IMG/VR virus record: IMGVR_UViG_3300037125_000004
Location: 1-46,889 of that record
Length of the DNA: 46,889 bases
Reading direction: 5' to 3' (one strand)
Origin: a virus
Taxonomy: Duplodnaviria; Caudoviricetes
Of this stretch, positions 45,589 to 46,889 are shown piece by piece. A program made the translations under genes and the position numbers. The notes below the pieces were generated by a model, which was not told the DNA's origin, made no database searches, and saw only the letters and a list, made by a program, of their open reading frames with translations. Within the stretch, counting starts at the first letter, position 1; each line of letters begins with the position of its first letter.

Positions 45589-46251
45589 ATGAGCGAAGAA
45601 ACCTTGGAGGAAAAAGATTCCTTAGAGGAACAGGACGAGCAGCCAGAAGATGGGGAACAAAACGAGGAAGAAAAAACAGAAGCGGTTCCACTATCTAAAT
45701 ACATGAAAGAAAAAAAGCAACGCCAGGAAGCAGAGCGCAAACAGAAAGAAATAGCGCAAAAACTTGCTGAGTACGAGGCTGCCAAAGAACGCACTGATAC
45801 AGAAAACAGATATGTCCAGGATGGCGTTGACGAAAAAACGGCAAAATTCATGGCGGCTCAAGATGCCCGGTTGGCAAGAATTGAGGAAGCGTCAATTGAA
45901 ATTGAGATTGATGCACTTTCTCAGAAAGAACTTTATGCGGATGCAAAAGAAAACGCCAATGTAATCAAAGAAGCTATGAAAAAGTACGATGTTACGGCAG
46001 AACAGGCTTACATGATGAAACTATGGACTCCATTAAAAGCCAAAGAGTTTACCGAAAAACGGGCCCAACTTGCGCTGTACAACAAAGATGCGGAACAGGA
46101 AATAGATCCTGGTCCTTCGGGATCAAAAAAACCTACATCCTTATATACGCATTGGACAGACAGTGACAAGGCCGCGTTTAACGCCTTACGTGAGAAAAAC
46201 TCCTCCTGGACGAAAGAGCAGTACAACGAACTAATGTACAAAGAGGAGTGA
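45589..46251 (+). CDS. Capsid scaffolding protein
   Basis: Acidic N-terminus, VPLSKYMKEKKQRQ coiled coil; upstream of capsid. Confidence 0.8.
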   Translation: MSEETLEEKDSLEEQDEQPEDGEQNEEEKTEAVPLSKYMKEKKQRQEAERKQKEIAQKLAEYEAAKERTDTENRYVQDGVDEKTAKFMAAQDARLARIEEASIEIEIDALSQKELYADAKENANVIKEAMKKYDVTAEQAYMMKLWTPLKAKEFTEKRAQLALYNKDAEQEIDPGPSGSKKPTSLYTHWTDSDKAAFNALREKNSSWTKEQYNELMYKEE

Positions 46252-46256
46252 ACTAA

Positions 46257-46721
46257 ATGATTAGAAGCGCTAACGTGGGCAGCTACGTTCAAGTATTGCC
46301 CGGTGCTGGCAGCTTGGGTAATATAGGCAGTTCCGACCTTGGAAAACTTTTAACAGAAAGTTCCGGAAAAGCTGTATTACAATCCAGCACCAGCACATCC
46401 ATTCCTAAAATTTTGGGAATGGTTGCAAATGTTCCCGTTGATACAACCGGCGGGAGCACCGTACCTTTTTATGTTTGGGATGTGAGGGGTAAGGAGATTG
46501 AACAGACCTATACCACTCTAGCATCCGCTACGCTACCCGCAACTACCGACATTGGCAGTTATGTAGGCTGGTCTACGGCCTCCACTGGTGCCGCTGGCGG
46601 CATTATCGGTATGGATACTGCGTCATCCGCACCCGGTAAAGCATTCTTGAAGATTACTGGTTTTGACAACAACCGCAGAAAAGTTTTTGGTCGCGTCAAT
46701 ACCACTAATCTAGCACTGTAA
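46257..46721 (+). CDS. Ser/Thr-rich capsid decoration/auxiliary protein
   Basis: Between scaffold and capsid; about 23% Ser+Thr by manual count (36/154). Confidence 0.65.
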   Translation: MIRSANVGSYVQVLPGAGSLGNIGSSDLGKLLTESSGKAVLQSSTSTSIPKILGMVANVPVDTTGGSTVPFYVWDVRGKEIEQTYTTLASATLPATTDIGSYVGWSTASTGAAGGIIGMDTASSAPGKAFLKITGFDNNRRKVFGRVNTTNLAL

Positions 46722-46734
46722 AGGGGTGTGAATT

Positions 46735-46889
46735 ATGGCTGTATTAACAAGAGCAGATATTAGCCGGATGCTAGAAGCGGGACAAAAGAAAATTTTCTTT
46801 GATGCGTTCAACTCAACGCCCCCGCAGTATCCCATGTACACAACTGAAATGACTTCCGACAAAGCCCAAGAAACCTACGACAGCATGGG
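46735..46889 (+). CDS. Major capsid protein, 5' part (continues at position 128)
   Basis: ATG 46735 is in frame with ORF 6..863 through the terminal overlap. Confidence 0.85.
   Translation, partial: MAVLTRADISRMLEAGQKKIFFDAFNSTPPQYPMYTTEMTSDKAQETYDSM

Overview
Apparently complete, circularly assembled genome (46,762 bp plus a 127-nt terminal overlap, 46763-46889 = 1-127) of a temperate, podovirus-like phage of a Firmicutes (probably spore-forming) host. It has a P22-like packaging/head module, a lysis cassette, a tyrosine integrase with attP matching the 3' half of tRNA-Leu(CAA), a cI/cro switch and a Sak4/replication early region. The most striking feature is a candidate virion-sialylation system. 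A NeuB-NeuC-NeuA (CMP-sialic/nonulosonic acid) cluster sits between terminase and portal, and a CstII/Maf-like sialyltransferase gene sits among unusually Ser/Thr-rich capsid and neck genes. Also found: a twister and a degenerate hammerhead ribozyme punctuating a small-gene operon, a LexA-box-controlled structured sRNA, three SOS boxes, and a ~700-nt GC-rich region of tRNA-like RNA modules. All calls come from reading motifs by eye; no searches were run.
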